From: a virus
Taxonomy: Duplodnaviria > Caudoviricetes
IMG/VR virus record: IMGVR_UViG_3300005805_000073
Span: 1-64,000 of that record
DNA: 64,000 nucleotides
Strand: one strand, 5' to 3'
Under the pieces are notes generated by a model. It had not been told where the DNA came from. It did no database searches and saw nothing but the letters and a program-made list of their open reading frames with translations. This document shows positions 1 to 9,903 of this stretch, piece after piece. The position numbers and the translations under genes are program-made. Within the stretch, counting starts at the first letter, position 1, and each line of letters opens with the position of its first letter.

Positions 1-95
1 GGTACTTGTTGTAGTTGTTGGTGCTGCTGTTGTGGTACTTGTTGTAGTTGTTGGTGCTGCTGTTGTGGTACTTGTTGTACTTGTAGTTGTTGTTG
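1..95. repeat. 33-bp tandem repeat (ggtacttgttgtagttgttggtgctgctgttgt) encoding a Thr/Ala/Pro linker
   Basis: Two full units plus partial copies are directly visible. Confidence 0.9.
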
Positions 96-279
96 TAAAA
101 TTATGATTATAGGAATAAAACTCACTTAGAGCATGTGGGGTAACACCATCAGGATATATACCTCCTAATGTGTTGATATTTGTTGTAGACAATGACTGGA
201 GGGATAGCTCGCTTGATGGCAATCCTTTTTCGTCGCCTACATCTTTGATTGATATCTGACCGCTGGATACGATGGCCAT
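1..279 (-). CDS. Tail-fibre-associated virion protein, 5' part (runs off the window); not in the ORF track
   Basis: Manual translation from ATG 279 (AGGAG upstream) gives MAIVSSGQISIKDV...PHALSEFYSY, then TTTTAAPTTTTST repeats. The N-terminus resembles the MA.(S)SGQIS..D motif of small phage fibre proteins. Confidence 0.8.
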   Translation of the reverse strand, partial: MAIVSSGQISIKDVGDEKGLPSSELSLQSLSTTNINTLGGIYPDGVTPHALSEFYSYNHNFTTTTTSTTSTTTAAPTTTTSTTTAAPTTTTST

Positions 280-298
280 TGTCTATAATCTCCTATTC

Positions 299-1243
299 TT
301 ACTTAGTGCAGGTGCACTTACTTACCTTCTCATCTAGTTCCTTAACAGCTTCAATTAACAAACCAATCATCTTTTCATATTTCACAGCCATGTGTCCACT
401 TTCACGTGTGGTGACAACTTCAGGTAGCACGGAAACAACATCTTGAGCAATCACACCTGTATCTGATCCTTGTAGTCCTAACTTGGATGCTTCTTCGTTC
501 CATGTATATGTGACACCTCGAAGTGCCTTCACCTTTGATAAGGCATCTGTAATCACTGCCACATCTGACTTCAAACGTTCATCTGATGTTGAGAAAGCAA
601 TGATGTCACCTGATGCTTTCACTTGTCCTGTTGTTGCTCCTGTTGCTGAACCAACGTTGATGCTACCAAATGTAACACCACTTGCAGTTCCTACGGCTTG
701 ACCGATGGCAATTGTTGGTGTTGCTCCTTCGCCGCTGTTATTTGTTAATGACACACCTGTGCCAGCCACTAAAGATGACACATAATCACCTGTTGTGTCT
801 GTACCTAGTGCAATAGAATTAGAAGCAACTGTTGCTGTTAGTGTGACACTTGATGTACCATCAATTGACACAGATCCTGACAAATCACCTGCAAGTGTGA
901 TGGTACGAGCAGTTGTCCAGCTGGCTGCAGTTCCTGTGATGTTGCTATCTGTGAAAGCTACAGTTTTACGTGTGCTAGCAGGAGTGAAGAACAAGCTTGA
1001 ACCATCAAACTCCATTGAGCCTGCGGTTGCTGTGGTTAAGTTTGTACCAGCCACAAACTTCAATGGTGCAACGGTTGTTGTTCCTGTTGCTAATACAAGC
1101 GAACCTGTCATGGTACCGCCTGACTTTTCAAGTTTTGCGGTATCTAGGCTGTTGAAGTTGGCATCAACTTCAGCATTAGTTAATGGAGCGCCTTTATTTG
1201 TTCCTGTTGCTGGGGCTGTTTGTCGAAGCGTTAAGGTAGCCAT
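299..1243 (-). CDS. Tail fibre protein with C-terminal intramolecular chaperone (peptidase S74-like) domain
   Basis: N-terminal KGAPLTNAEVDANF motif, G/T/S-rich body, and SDERLKSDV...GVIAQDV...V.YEKMIGLLIEAVKEL chaperone signature. Confidence 0.85.
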   Translation of the reverse strand: MATLTLRQTAPATGTNKGAPLTNAEVDANFNSLDTAKLEKSGGTMTGSLVLATGTTTVAPLKFVAGTNLTTATAGSMEFDGSSLFFTPASTRKTVAFTDSNITGTAASWTTARTITLAGDLSGSVSIDGTSSVTLTATVASNSIALGTDTTGDYVSSLVAGTGVSLTNNSGEGATPTIAIGQAVGTASGVTFGSINVGSATGATTGQVKASGDIIAFSTSDERLKSDVAVITDALSKVKALRGVTYTWNEEASKLGLQGSDTGVIAQDVVSVLPEVVTTRESGHMAVKYEKMIGLLIEAVKELDEKVSKCTCTK

Positions 1244-1246
1244 AAG

Positions 1247-1438
1247 TTATCCTCTGTTGATTATTGATTGTAATAATTGTTTTATTTCTAACAAGTCGTT
1301 TTTGACTTCGTTAATTTCTTCTTGAAGCTCGGATATCTTTTGAACCTGACGCTTTTCCTGACGCCGAGCAATAACCGATGTTGTATCTGTATTTATAAGA
1401 GCTTTGGAATTCTTATCCCGAATATACGTGGTTTCCAT
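1247..1438 (-). CDS. Small conserved hypothetical protein of T4-like phages (coiled coil)
   Basis: 63 aa with an RD..SKALINTD motif; translationally coupled to its neighbours. Confidence 0.7.
   Translation of the reverse strand: METTYIRDKNSKALINTDTTSVIARRQEKRQVQKISELQEEINEVKNDLLEIKQLLQSIINRG
1390..1397 (-). promoter_or_regulatory. Possible T4-type late promoter TATAAATA upstream of the tail fibre gene
   Basis: Exact consensus match, but it lies inside a CDS. Confidence 0.45.
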
Positions 1439-4400
1439 TATATCACCGCAATGGCACGTAGATTCTTGATGAGAGGTGTCTTGCTCTTATCAGTAGAATT
1501 CATTGTGATTCTTACAGCAAATCTCTTATATGATACCAAACTTGCTGTGGGTACTGAATATGAATATTCCTGTGAAATGCTACTGTTGTATACTGTTGGA
1601 GCCGTTTCATCTAGTTCCACCCAAGTTACATCAGCGAAAGGACGGTCATCTTCTAAACGTTGTAGTTTTGCTTCAACCTTTACTGAACATGCTTCAGGAC
1701 GAAGCATATCAAAGAACACACGTAAATCATCCGCACCGTCGCCATCTAAAGTTACAGTACGTGTTACATAGATGGCATTTGAAGACCCTTCTGCATCAAT
1801 ATCATTTCCTAATACCAACATATTTAATTTTTTACTATCAACAATAGGTGTAATTCTTACATTTGTAGATGACAAGACCGCCTTCACTTTCATTGTAGGA
1901 ATTTGACCTGTAGTATTAGAATGAGAATATAATGTATAGGTTTCTGGTAATTCTACCGTTTCTCCATTACTCATTGAAATATATGAATCGGTAACACTTG
2001 GATAATAGGTGCTTGATGTATCAAGTAACTTATAAGACAATTGAACCTGTGTTACAGGATCTACGGATAGAATGCCAAAGTTTGGTACAAATGCCGTTAA
2101 TGTCTTATTGTTGATACTATCAACTGTAAAGGTTGATGTACCAACTGTAAACTCATCGCCTGCTGTGAAATACCCAGAAGTAATGTATACATCTACATCA
2201 TCACCATTTACTAATGAAATATATCCTTCAACTGTGGTATCATCTTTATATCCTGTAGTTGTGGCTGTACTAGCTAAAAATGCTGTGCTTCTATCATATT
2301 CTTCCACAAGTTTCAATGATGTATTACTCACAATATCTTTTACTTCACCTAGAACAGCACGTACTTTGTAGACGATACCTGAACCTGCTGTTGCTGCTGA
2401 TGTTAAAGTTAATACTGTATTTGATGTAATACTTTCCACTTTACCAATAACACTATTGTCATTATCTTGATAAAGGATATCACCTTCTTTTAATTCTGTT
2501 GTGAACTGTGTGCCTGTACCTGTCACTGTTGTTGGTGTACCTGAATTAATGCTAAGTGTACCGGACACAGATGTTGCGGGAATAAGCATACGAAGATGGT
2601 CACCTACATTCAATGATGTGGTGAATGCCGTGCCAGCACCGGTAACTACATTGCCAACTACGTTATCAATGGTGCCACCCAACGTTGTTTGAGTATCATC
2701 AAACACCTTTACAACATCACCTGGCTTCAATGTGTAGGTGCCTGTTTGTGATAATGTCAAATAGTCAACAGGAGCAGAAGTCAATGTAACTGTACGAGAT
2801 GCCTGACGTTGACGACCATACACATAGAACTTCAAATCTTCAGCTTCAAGTGCTGTCCATGAAGTGTTATTATTTGGAATGAATAATACACCTACATTAG
2901 GTTGTTGTGTGATACGTTCAGTTGTGCCTATCATGTTTTGACCCAATTCAGAGCACCATACTTCATAATCAGTGGTGTTGCTTTCAGGTAATAGAACTAA
3001 AGCATATTCTGTATTATTCTTCAAATATACCGGTGCATCAAACACGAATGCGGTTGAAGTAGCTGCTGTTGCTGAGGCAACAATTTCTGATGGACTCAAA
3101 GTTTTAGTGCTAAATGGGACAATCTTATTGCCTGGGAATCCATTAATAACTTCACGAATTTGAATTGTAAACTTCTTGGTAGATGACTTTCTCTTAAAAT
3201 AAAGAAGCACAGTATCCACCATGGCTCCGTCAGTTTCACCTTCAACAATGAAGGTTTGTGCCATTGGGTCACCGTACGAAGTGGGACTGAATGTGCTTGG
3301 ATTATTTACAAGTAAACGATTTACCACACTATTTTGTGTTTCATCTAGTGCATCTTGACGCACATCAGGGAAACGAGTAGATGCAATTGTACCTTCATTG
3401 ATGCTAGGAATACCTGTGGCTTGTAATTGTATTGCTGCTGATGTTGTTGATGACACATCAGTTAATTTGAATACCTTACTACCGACACGGAATCTGTTAG
3501 CAGGAATCAAGAATTGACCAATCAATGTACCTGAACTATCCACAATCATGTTATCACCATATTCCGATGCACTACCTTCATATTGTGATAGTAAAACATT
3601 AGCATTCAATTCTTGAATGGTTGCTGCTGTAACACCTGTAGGCAATGTGAAATAACGACAGTGTTCTGATACATCTTCACCATCAAAATATGCCTTCACA
3701 AAAGTACCTGGTTTCAATCCTGTTGCTGTAAATGTGACAACCTGTTCTGCAATAAATGGCACAACTGAAACATCAAGTACACGAACACCCACAGTACGAA
3801 GATTGTTTTCAGGCATTCTTCCCAGTGTGGCAATGTTTCGTGTGATGTCTGATACAAGAGGAGCAAATTCACTTCCTCGAAGACCTGCCAATCCTGCAAC
3901 TGTTGTAATGCTCAATACAGGTAGATTGGTGAGCTCCATACCGTTCCAAATTGTTTGCCAGCCGTTCCAATGAATTGAGAAAGCATTGCTATTGAATTCC
4001 CAACCGTCATTGATACCATTGTAATTTACTTGTACATCAGGACGAGCATTCACATCTACCCAAGCAAGTTGAGGGGGATCCAAACGCAAGTTACCTGACA
4101 TATAATTACCTAATAAAGCGTTACCACAAACACGACTCTTTGATGCAAAACGATTTTCTGCAATTGTTAGATAACTTGTAGTTTCTCCTTCTTCTTCATA
4201 ATCAATGATAATGGTTTCATCTGTATTGCCGTCTAGCTCAAACTGAATATTATTGATGTCATATGGCGCACGTAAAATTTTATTTTTTGTGTCTATAGCG
4301 GCATAATAATCTGCATCAAACACATTACCCACATCATGTCCATCAAAGGCATCCACAAGGATACCCTTCTTCAACATAGCGGTACCTGTGCTATCTTGAA

Positions 4401-7203
4401 TCAACATATTGGCTGCACGATTCTCAGCAATGGACAATGCTGTATAATACTCCAAACGATTTACACGTTGTTCCAATTCACCAATATCACGCATTGTATA
4501 ACGACGATTATCTACCAATCGAAGGATGGCTGCATAATCTTCACGGTCATATGCACGTGAGGCATAGGTTGATAATGATGGATATGGTGCCAATTCCACA
4601 GTTGCCAAAGTCATGGCGTGTGGGGCATCAGCGGGTGTTTGAGGATTCAAGGATGATACACCTTGAAGAACCTTAAATTCACCATCACGGGTTAAAATGA
4701 TTTTATCTTTTCTAGGAAGATTGAACGAGAATGATGCTGTCAATACACTTTCGGGATCCGGAATTGCAATACCGTTAGTTGTGTTCAATGTTGTAACCGG
4801 AATGTTCTCAGATGCACCCATACCTGATATAATGGTTGATGCATATGATTCACCCGAATATCCTGTACGTGGAGTTACTGTAGGACGGAAATCAATCACA
4901 TCACGCAGGTCATAAGTGATACCTGTCAAATCAGATGTATACACGGGTAGTTCGTATGTATAGATTTGTTTTCCTGTATCTAATGTTGTTGGGTCAAAAT
5001 CAATCAAAGCACTTTGATAAGAATTTCTATTAAGATATCCTAATGTTGATGACCGAGCAAAATTTCTGAATTTAATAACAAACTTTTTAGCTGCTAATGA
5101 TTCTGTTCCTGTGTATTTGATATATGATGTATTATACACATTGTCATTAGAATTTAAATATAGCTCAAAATCATTAGTTACATCCGTCCAAGCTGCATCT
5201 GATGTGACAGTAGAATATGCACCTGGATATGCCTCTGAAGATGCTGCCATATGTACAGTTTGAATATCATGTACATGAGGCACACCTAGGTATAATGTTT
5301 TATTAGTTGTTAGATTAGTTAAACTGGTTCCTGTTAACACAGAACTATCTACAGCAAGATATGTAGTATCCAGTGTTAAATTGATAGGTGCACCATTGCC
5401 TTGACGTACTCGAGCATACACCTTTCTGTTGGCACCTGCATCAGCAACATTGATTTGTAATGTGCCTGATGTTGTTGAACCTACAGTATATCCTGTGATG
5501 TTAGCTAGATTATATGAAGCACCGGATGGTTCTACAACAATGAAATCTTGTTGATAGGTAGCTGAAGATCCTGCCAGTGTTTGATTTACGCCACTAACGG
5601 AAATTGATCCATTTCCAGAGCCATCAAATGTATATTCGCCTAGATATTTCCAGAAGAAATAATCGGTATCATCTTCATATTCCACAACAGCTTTTGATCC
5701 TGTTGGGAAGATTAATGAATTATAAGTTCCTTCATGTAACTTGAATGCTGCTTGTTCTGGACCGCCTAGATTATCACCTGGTGTGATTGCCACGGTGGCA
5801 GTTGAGTTCGTTGCTGTAATCGTATCTACAGCTGCCAAGTCTGTGAAACCCTTCCCTGATTCGAAGGTGAGACCATACATGTACAACTTGTAGAAACGTG
5901 TGCTACCTGTTCCAGTTGATCCTGAATGATGTTGTAGTAAACGAAACTTTGCGGTTGCCACAAGTGTGGCGCCATCTAACAAACTTATGGTTGTGTTATC
6001 TTCAGCCAATCCCCAGCTACCTGATACATTTTTCACATAGACATAATTACCAAACAATGTGAAGATTTGTTGCTCAACAACATTTTGTGTTTCAGTTGCC
6101 TTGGATACGGTTAGATATTCAGTTGCTTTTAATTCAGAATCAAAACCTTCAACATAGGCCTTACCTGGTTCCACGCCATAAAGAATTTTTGAAGCATCAC
6201 CCAATTCAGCTACAGTGTAACGACCATTGTTCACAGAGGTTTTCAAATGTTCACGTACATTGATATTCAAGCCAGATACTACATAATTTCCTGATTCATC
6301 AAATGTGCGTTGTGCCAACACACGTTGTAATTCCGCGTATTGAGGCTTGTTGAATACACGTTTTACTACACCACCTTCAACAATGAATAATTGATAGAAA
6401 CCATCATCAGGTGTGGTTCCAATATCATATGATTCAAGTTGAGTAACAATCTTGTATCGGTCTGCTCCTGGTGCAGCATAGTTATATGAACCTGCAGCTG
6501 GGTCTAACAAACTTACATCATCATCTGAGGTGACAGAACTGGATACTACTCGAAATCCAATGTTCTTCGAAGGTGCGCTATCATAGAAACTCAATACTTG
6601 TGTTTGTGATTCATGGCGCACAAAAGCACCTTCGGCATACACAATACCGTCACCAATTGTATATAATGAACCTGTACCAATAGCACCTGCACTTACAACT
6701 GAAAACTTAAATGATAACGTTACATCATTTGAGTCTTTAATAGTTAAGGCATCATTTGCTGCAAAAGTTGTTGTAGTTGTTTCAGTGATGGCATCATAAT
6801 ATGAAGTTTCATATTTCAAGTATAAAACTCTTTGTCCTGTAGGATCCTCATCTACGCGTACAATTTTTGCTGTTACTCCCAATTCGTTTGAGACTGTAGC
6901 ATTCACTAATGAGGTCTTATATGTTTCATATGATGCAGCAGCAATTGTGATTCCTGCTGTATTATTATCATTAATCTTTACATATGGAACATTAAATTGG
7001 AATGTTTCATCGCAACCCACAACCACAGAGCCATCTTTAAACACATGGTCGCCGAAGCGCTGTATTTGATTTTGAAGAATGGTTTGTAGTTGTGTAAGTT
7101 CACGGGCCTGAACAGCATAGCCAGGCTTGAAAAGGATTCTGTGGAAATTCTTTTCTCCATCAAAATCATCATAATAAGGTGAGGTTCCTAAATTGATGGC
7201 CAT
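1438..7203 (-). CDS. Large virion/baseplate structural protein (DUF4815 / VrlC-like)
   Basis: 1921 aa; N-terminal SPYYDDF...RILFKPGYAVQARELTQLQTILQNQI and DPMAQTF...LYFKRK motifs. Confidence 0.85.
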   Translation of the reverse strand: MAINLGTSPYYDDFDGEKNFHRILFKPGYAVQARELTQLQTILQNQIQRFGDHVFKDGSVVVGCDETFQFNVPYVKINDNNTAGITIAAASYETYKTSLVNATVSNELGVTAKIVRVDEDPTGQRVLYLKYETSYYDAITETTTTTFAANDALTIKDSNDVTLSFKFSVVSAGAIGTGSLYTIGDGIVYAEGAFVRHESQTQVLSFYDSAPSKNIGFRVVSSSVTSDDDVSLLDPAAGSYNYAAPGADRYKIVTQLESYDIGTTPDDGFYQLFIVEGGVVKRVFNKPQYAELQRVLAQRTFDESGNYVVSGLNINVREHLKTSVNNGRYTVAELGDASKILYGVEPGKAYVEGFDSELKATEYLTVSKATETQNVVEQQIFTLFGNYVYVKNVSGSWGLAEDNTTISLLDGATLVATAKFRLLQHHSGSTGTGSTRFYKLYMYGLTFESGKGFTDLAAVDTITATNSTATVAITPGDNLGGPEQAAFKLHEGTYNSLIFPTGSKAVVEYEDDTDYFFWKYLGEYTFDGSGNGSISVSGVNQTLAGSSATYQQDFIVVEPSGASYNLANITGYTVGSTTSGTLQINVADAGANRKVYARVRQGNGAPINLTLDTTYLAVDSSVLTGTSLTNLTTNKTLYLGVPHVHDIQTVHMAASSEAYPGAYSTVTSDAAWTDVTNDFELYLNSNDNVYNTSYIKYTGTESLAAKKFVIKFRNFARSSTLGYLNRNSYQSALIDFDPTTLDTGKQIYTYELPVYTSDLTGITYDLRDVIDFRPTVTPRTGYSGESYASTIISGMGASENIPVTTLNTTNGIAIPDPESVLTASFSFNLPRKDKIILTRDGEFKVLQGVSSLNPQTPADAPHAMTLATVELAPYPSLSTYASRAYDREDYAAILRLVDNRRYTMRDIGELEQRVNRLEYYTALSIAENRAANMLIQDSTGTAMLKKGILVDAFDGHDVGNVFDADYYAAIDTKNKILRAPYDINNIQFELDGNTDETIIIDYEEEGETTSYLTIAENRFASKSRVCGNALLGNYMSGNLRLDPPQLAWVDVNARPDVQVNYNGINDGWEFNSNAFSIHWNGWQTIWNGMELTNLPVLSITTVAGLAGLRGSEFAPLVSDITRNIATLGRMPENNLRTVGVRVLDVSVVPFIAEQVVTFTATGLKPGTFVKAYFDGEDVSEHCRYFTLPTGVTAATIQELNANVLLSQYEGSASEYGDNMIVDSSGTLIGQFLIPANRFRVGSKVFKLTDVSSTTSAAIQLQATGIPSINEGTIASTRFPDVRQDALDETQNSVVNRLLVNNPSTFSPTSYGDPMAQTFIVEGETDGAMVDTVLLYFKRKSSTKKFTIQIREVINGFPGNKIVPFSTKTLSPSEIVASATAATSTAFVFDAPVYLKNNTEYALVLLPESNTTDYEVWCSELGQNMIGTTERITQQPNVGVLFIPNNNTSWTALEAEDLKFYVYGRQRQASRTVTLTSAPVDYLTLSQTGTYTLKPGDVVKVFDDTQTTLGGTIDNVVGNVVTGAGTAFTTSLNVGDHLRMLIPATSVSGTLSINSGTPTTVTGTGTQFTTELKEGDILYQDNDNSVIGKVESITSNTVLTLTSAATAGSGIVYKVRAVLGEVKDIVSNTSLKLVEEYDRSTAFLASTATTTGYKDDTTVEGYISLVNGDDVDVYITSGYFTAGDEFTVGTSTFTVDSINNKTLTAFVPNFGILSVDPVTQVQLSYKLLDTSSTYYPSVTDSYISMSNGETVELPETYTLYSHSNTTGQIPTMKVKAVLSSTNVRITPIVDSKKLNMLVLGNDIDAEGSSNAIYVTRTVTLDGDGADDLRVFFDMLRPEACSVKVEAKLQRLEDDRPFADVTWVELDETAPTVYNSSISQEYSYSVPTASLVSYKRFAVRITMNSTDKSKTPLIKNLRAIAVI

Positions 7204-7209
7204 GTTTAC

Positions 7210-9381
7210 CTAGAAGTGTAGAAAGAGTTTAATGGTTTCAAATTGTTCTGCGGTTCGAGAGATGGGAGAGAATTCATTAACGTAGATAATGGTTCCTGTG
7301 TTTTTATCAAACTCAGGTTCTACTACAGTATCACATGATAAGTTTTCGTATTCTGTTGTTAAGTTAGTGAACGTGGTATCAGCGGTTAGTCCTTCTGTAC
7401 CAGTCATATACAACAAATATACTTTGTATACTTCCTCTGTCTCATCAAACAATTTTGTTAATACTTTATATATGCCACCTGTTGAGGCTTCAATTTCATC
7501 GTCGGCATTGTATTCAATGTATTCACCCTCAGGCACAGTGATGATAAATGCGCCAGTTGCAGTATCTTCTTGTAGATACCCAATATCAACATCCTGAATA
7601 CTGTTGTATAATTTCAAGTTTTTTACAACACCTAATTGACGAAAATCATTGCCTTGAAACAAGTCAGCATTTTCTGTGGTAATTGTTGCACTGATACAAA
7701 GTGTTCGTGCAAACAATTCTTGTGCAATATTGAATCCATGGCCTCGTTGAGGACCTACATGAATTCTAAACGATGCAGGAGATGTATGTATTCCTGATAC
7801 AATTACATCACCATAGTTGTAATTTTGCCCATAATTTGTGATTTGTACATTTGTGATGGTACCTTCGGCATCAATATCCTCATCAGGATCAACATATAAT
7901 TGTACTCCTGTACCGTCACCTTTTACTTCTAAGGTAATACTATCATATCCTTCGCCGCCATCAAGAATATCAACACGATAAATGGCGCCGTGAACCGTAT
8001 CTAATACCACATCCTTATTGGCTTGACTTGCAACTTCAGACCCTAAAATCACAACACCTTTAAATCCGCCTCCACGAAATGCGCCAAATGCTTCGTTAGG
8101 TACATCTACGTCAGCAAACGTAACAAGTTCAAGTTCGGTATCTGATGTAATAGATGCAATCACCCCGATGATGTTATTATGATGGTCTGTTAGGGACCAC
8201 CCTACTGCAAGTTCTTCTGTGAATATTGTATCAATACCTAATATGGTTTTATCTTCCATATCGGCAGTGATGGTTCCTGTGAACACTTCTGAGCCAGGAA
8301 CGTCCACATCATAATCTAAAGGTGTAGCCTTTGCATCATACATGATGGCGCGTGCATGTGTATAACCACGCATAGAGTCTGTAATTTCAATGTCTGTAAT
8401 GGCACCAGTCATACCATCTGTTGTAACTACGGAACTTCTATATACACCTGGATTATCTATTGCAGCCGAGCTGATAGGTGTCAATGTATGATTAATACCT
8501 GACCCCGGTGTGATTTCAATGTATTCATTGGCTTCAGCATTAGCCAATGTTGTGGCTAAACGAATTTTTCGGTCAGTATAATAAATTACATAGTACACAT
8601 TGTTGTGTACCAATCCTCCAATTGTTGTGCCACTTCCCGTGCTATATAATACTCTATCACCTGTAATGAATGTGTGTCCAATATACTGAATGGTATGAAT
8701 ATCATCACCTGTGGAACCTGTGACTGATGTATCAGCATTAAATGAAATTGTTTGTGGCGCAAGACCGTCACCCACAATCACAAGATAAGGATCAATATAT
8801 CCTTCACCCGGGTCTTCGATACGAACAGATTCAATAACACCATTCACATCAAAGTTCACACCATCCGACACATTTCTTACAGGAATATATTCATCTGTTA
8901 AAAACTTAATTCTATCAAGAACAGGAACCTCATACATAAACTTCCAAATGTAACCGTCATTAAGTTCTTCTGGTTCTGGGTCCATGGATGTGGGTTTGAA
9001 GGTAGAAGCACCATCTCCCACTTTCAAGCACTTATAAATGTGATATTCATCTGTCATCACATAGAAATCTTCTACCACAAATGTACCATCGTCATCATAA
9101 CCTAAAACAGCATAGTCGCTATATGCAACATATGTGGCACCTGATTCCCAGTCCTTGCGTTCAATCATATAAACGACATCGTTAGGACCTGGCACGATAC
9201 GTTTTGCCAATATCATATTTCTATGAATATCAGCAACATAGTGTCGTGTATCTACAGGAGTTTCTGTTTCTGTAAATGTTTTACCTGCAAACACATAGTA
9301 GAAATCTTTTCCTGTAATGATGTCACGGTAAACTGACCTGGCAATTTCATGCCGGGTCACCGCAGGAATCAGGTTTGCCAT
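7210..9381 (-). CDS. gp8: Baseplate wedge subunit gp8-like, with inserted domains
   Basis: R.DW.SG..Y, YVMTDEYHIYKCL, DGYIWKFMYEV and NDFRQLGVVKN motifs; position next to gp7. Confidence 0.85.
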   Translation of the reverse strand: MANLIPAVTRHEIARSVYRDIITGKDFYYVFAGKTFTETETPVDTRHYVADIHRNMILAKRIVPGPNDVVYMIERKDWESGATYVAYSDYAVLGYDDDGTFVVEDFYVMTDEYHIYKCLKVGDGASTFKPTSMDPEPEELNDGYIWKFMYEVPVLDRIKFLTDEYIPVRNVSDGVNFDVNGVIESVRIEDPGEGYIDPYLVIVGDGLAPQTISFNADTSVTGSTGDDIHTIQYIGHTFITGDRVLYSTGSGTTIGGLVHNNVYYVIYYTDRKIRLATTLANAEANEYIEITPGSGINHTLTPISSAAIDNPGVYRSSVVTTDGMTGAITDIEITDSMRGYTHARAIMYDAKATPLDYDVDVPGSEVFTGTITADMEDKTILGIDTIFTEELAVGWSLTDHHNNIIGVIASITSDTELELVTFADVDVPNEAFGAFRGGGFKGVVILGSEVASQANKDVVLDTVHGAIYRVDILDGGEGYDSITLEVKGDGTGVQLYVDPDEDIDAEGTITNVQITNYGQNYNYGDVIVSGIHTSPASFRIHVGPQRGHGFNIAQELFARTLCISATITTENADLFQGNDFRQLGVVKNLKLYNSIQDVDIGYLQEDTATGAFIITVPEGEYIEYNADDEIEASTGGIYKVLTKLFDETEEVYKVYLLYMTGTEGLTADTTFTNLTTEYENLSCDTVVEPEFDKNTGTIIYVNEFSPISRTAEQFETIKLFLHF

Positions 9382-9398
9382 ATTGTTTTTATACTAGA

Positions 9399-9845
9399 TT
9401 ATGAAACTGTGATGGTCCAAGTGATTGACATGCTATCGGAAGCACCCTTGTTTACCACAGGGAATACTGTACGGCAGAGCATTGTGCCTGCTGAAGAAGC
9501 ATTGAAAATACCTGCTTCTGTTAGAGCGCCTGTACCTTCACCTGGTTCAAATGTGGCTACAGCTGTTACAACTGCACCTGATGCAGAATATGAAGTTAAC
9601 GTTTGACGACCACCTGTCAAAGAAGCACCTTGTAGAGCTGTTTGACCTGATGATGCTGCTGTTGAAGAATTACTTACTTCCATGTGTGACATGACACCTG
9701 AAGATGTGCCTACCATACGTGAAGCAATGTGTTCCAAACCAGCGGTTACCACTAGATTTTCATGTGTACGTTCTTCTTTGATGTTGCCATTTTCGTCACG
9801 TAGAACGATGGTCAACTTACCTGAGGCTTTGATGTTTTCTTCCAT
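9399..9845 (-). CDS. Small virion structural protein
   Basis: NLVVTAG...LTEAGIFNA..GTML.RTVF.VVNK...D...ITWT motif of phage tail-base proteins; late promoter upstream. Confidence 0.75.
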   Translation of the reverse strand: MEENIKASGKLTIVLRDENGNIKEERTHENLVVTAGLEHIASRMVGTSSGVMSHMEVSNSSTAASSGQTALQGASLTGGRQTLTSYSASGAVVTAVATFEPGEGTGALTEAGIFNASSAGTMLCRTVFPVVNKGASDSMSITWTITVS

Positions 9846-9880
9846 TGTTTTCTCCTAGAAAAGTAAAAAGTTGTTATGAG

Positions 9881-9888
9881 TATTTATA
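9881..9888 (-). promoter_or_regulatory. T4-type late promoter TATAAATA
   Basis: Exact consensus in the intergenic gap upstream of 9845. Confidence 0.8.
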
Positions 9889-9903
9889 CTACTTGTGGAC
9901 CAA

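Noticed and set aside
1-95. CRISPR array or other spacer-containing repeat
   Set aside because: The units are contiguous without unique spacers and encode in-frame Thr-rich linkers. No CRISPR array was seen anywhere in the window.
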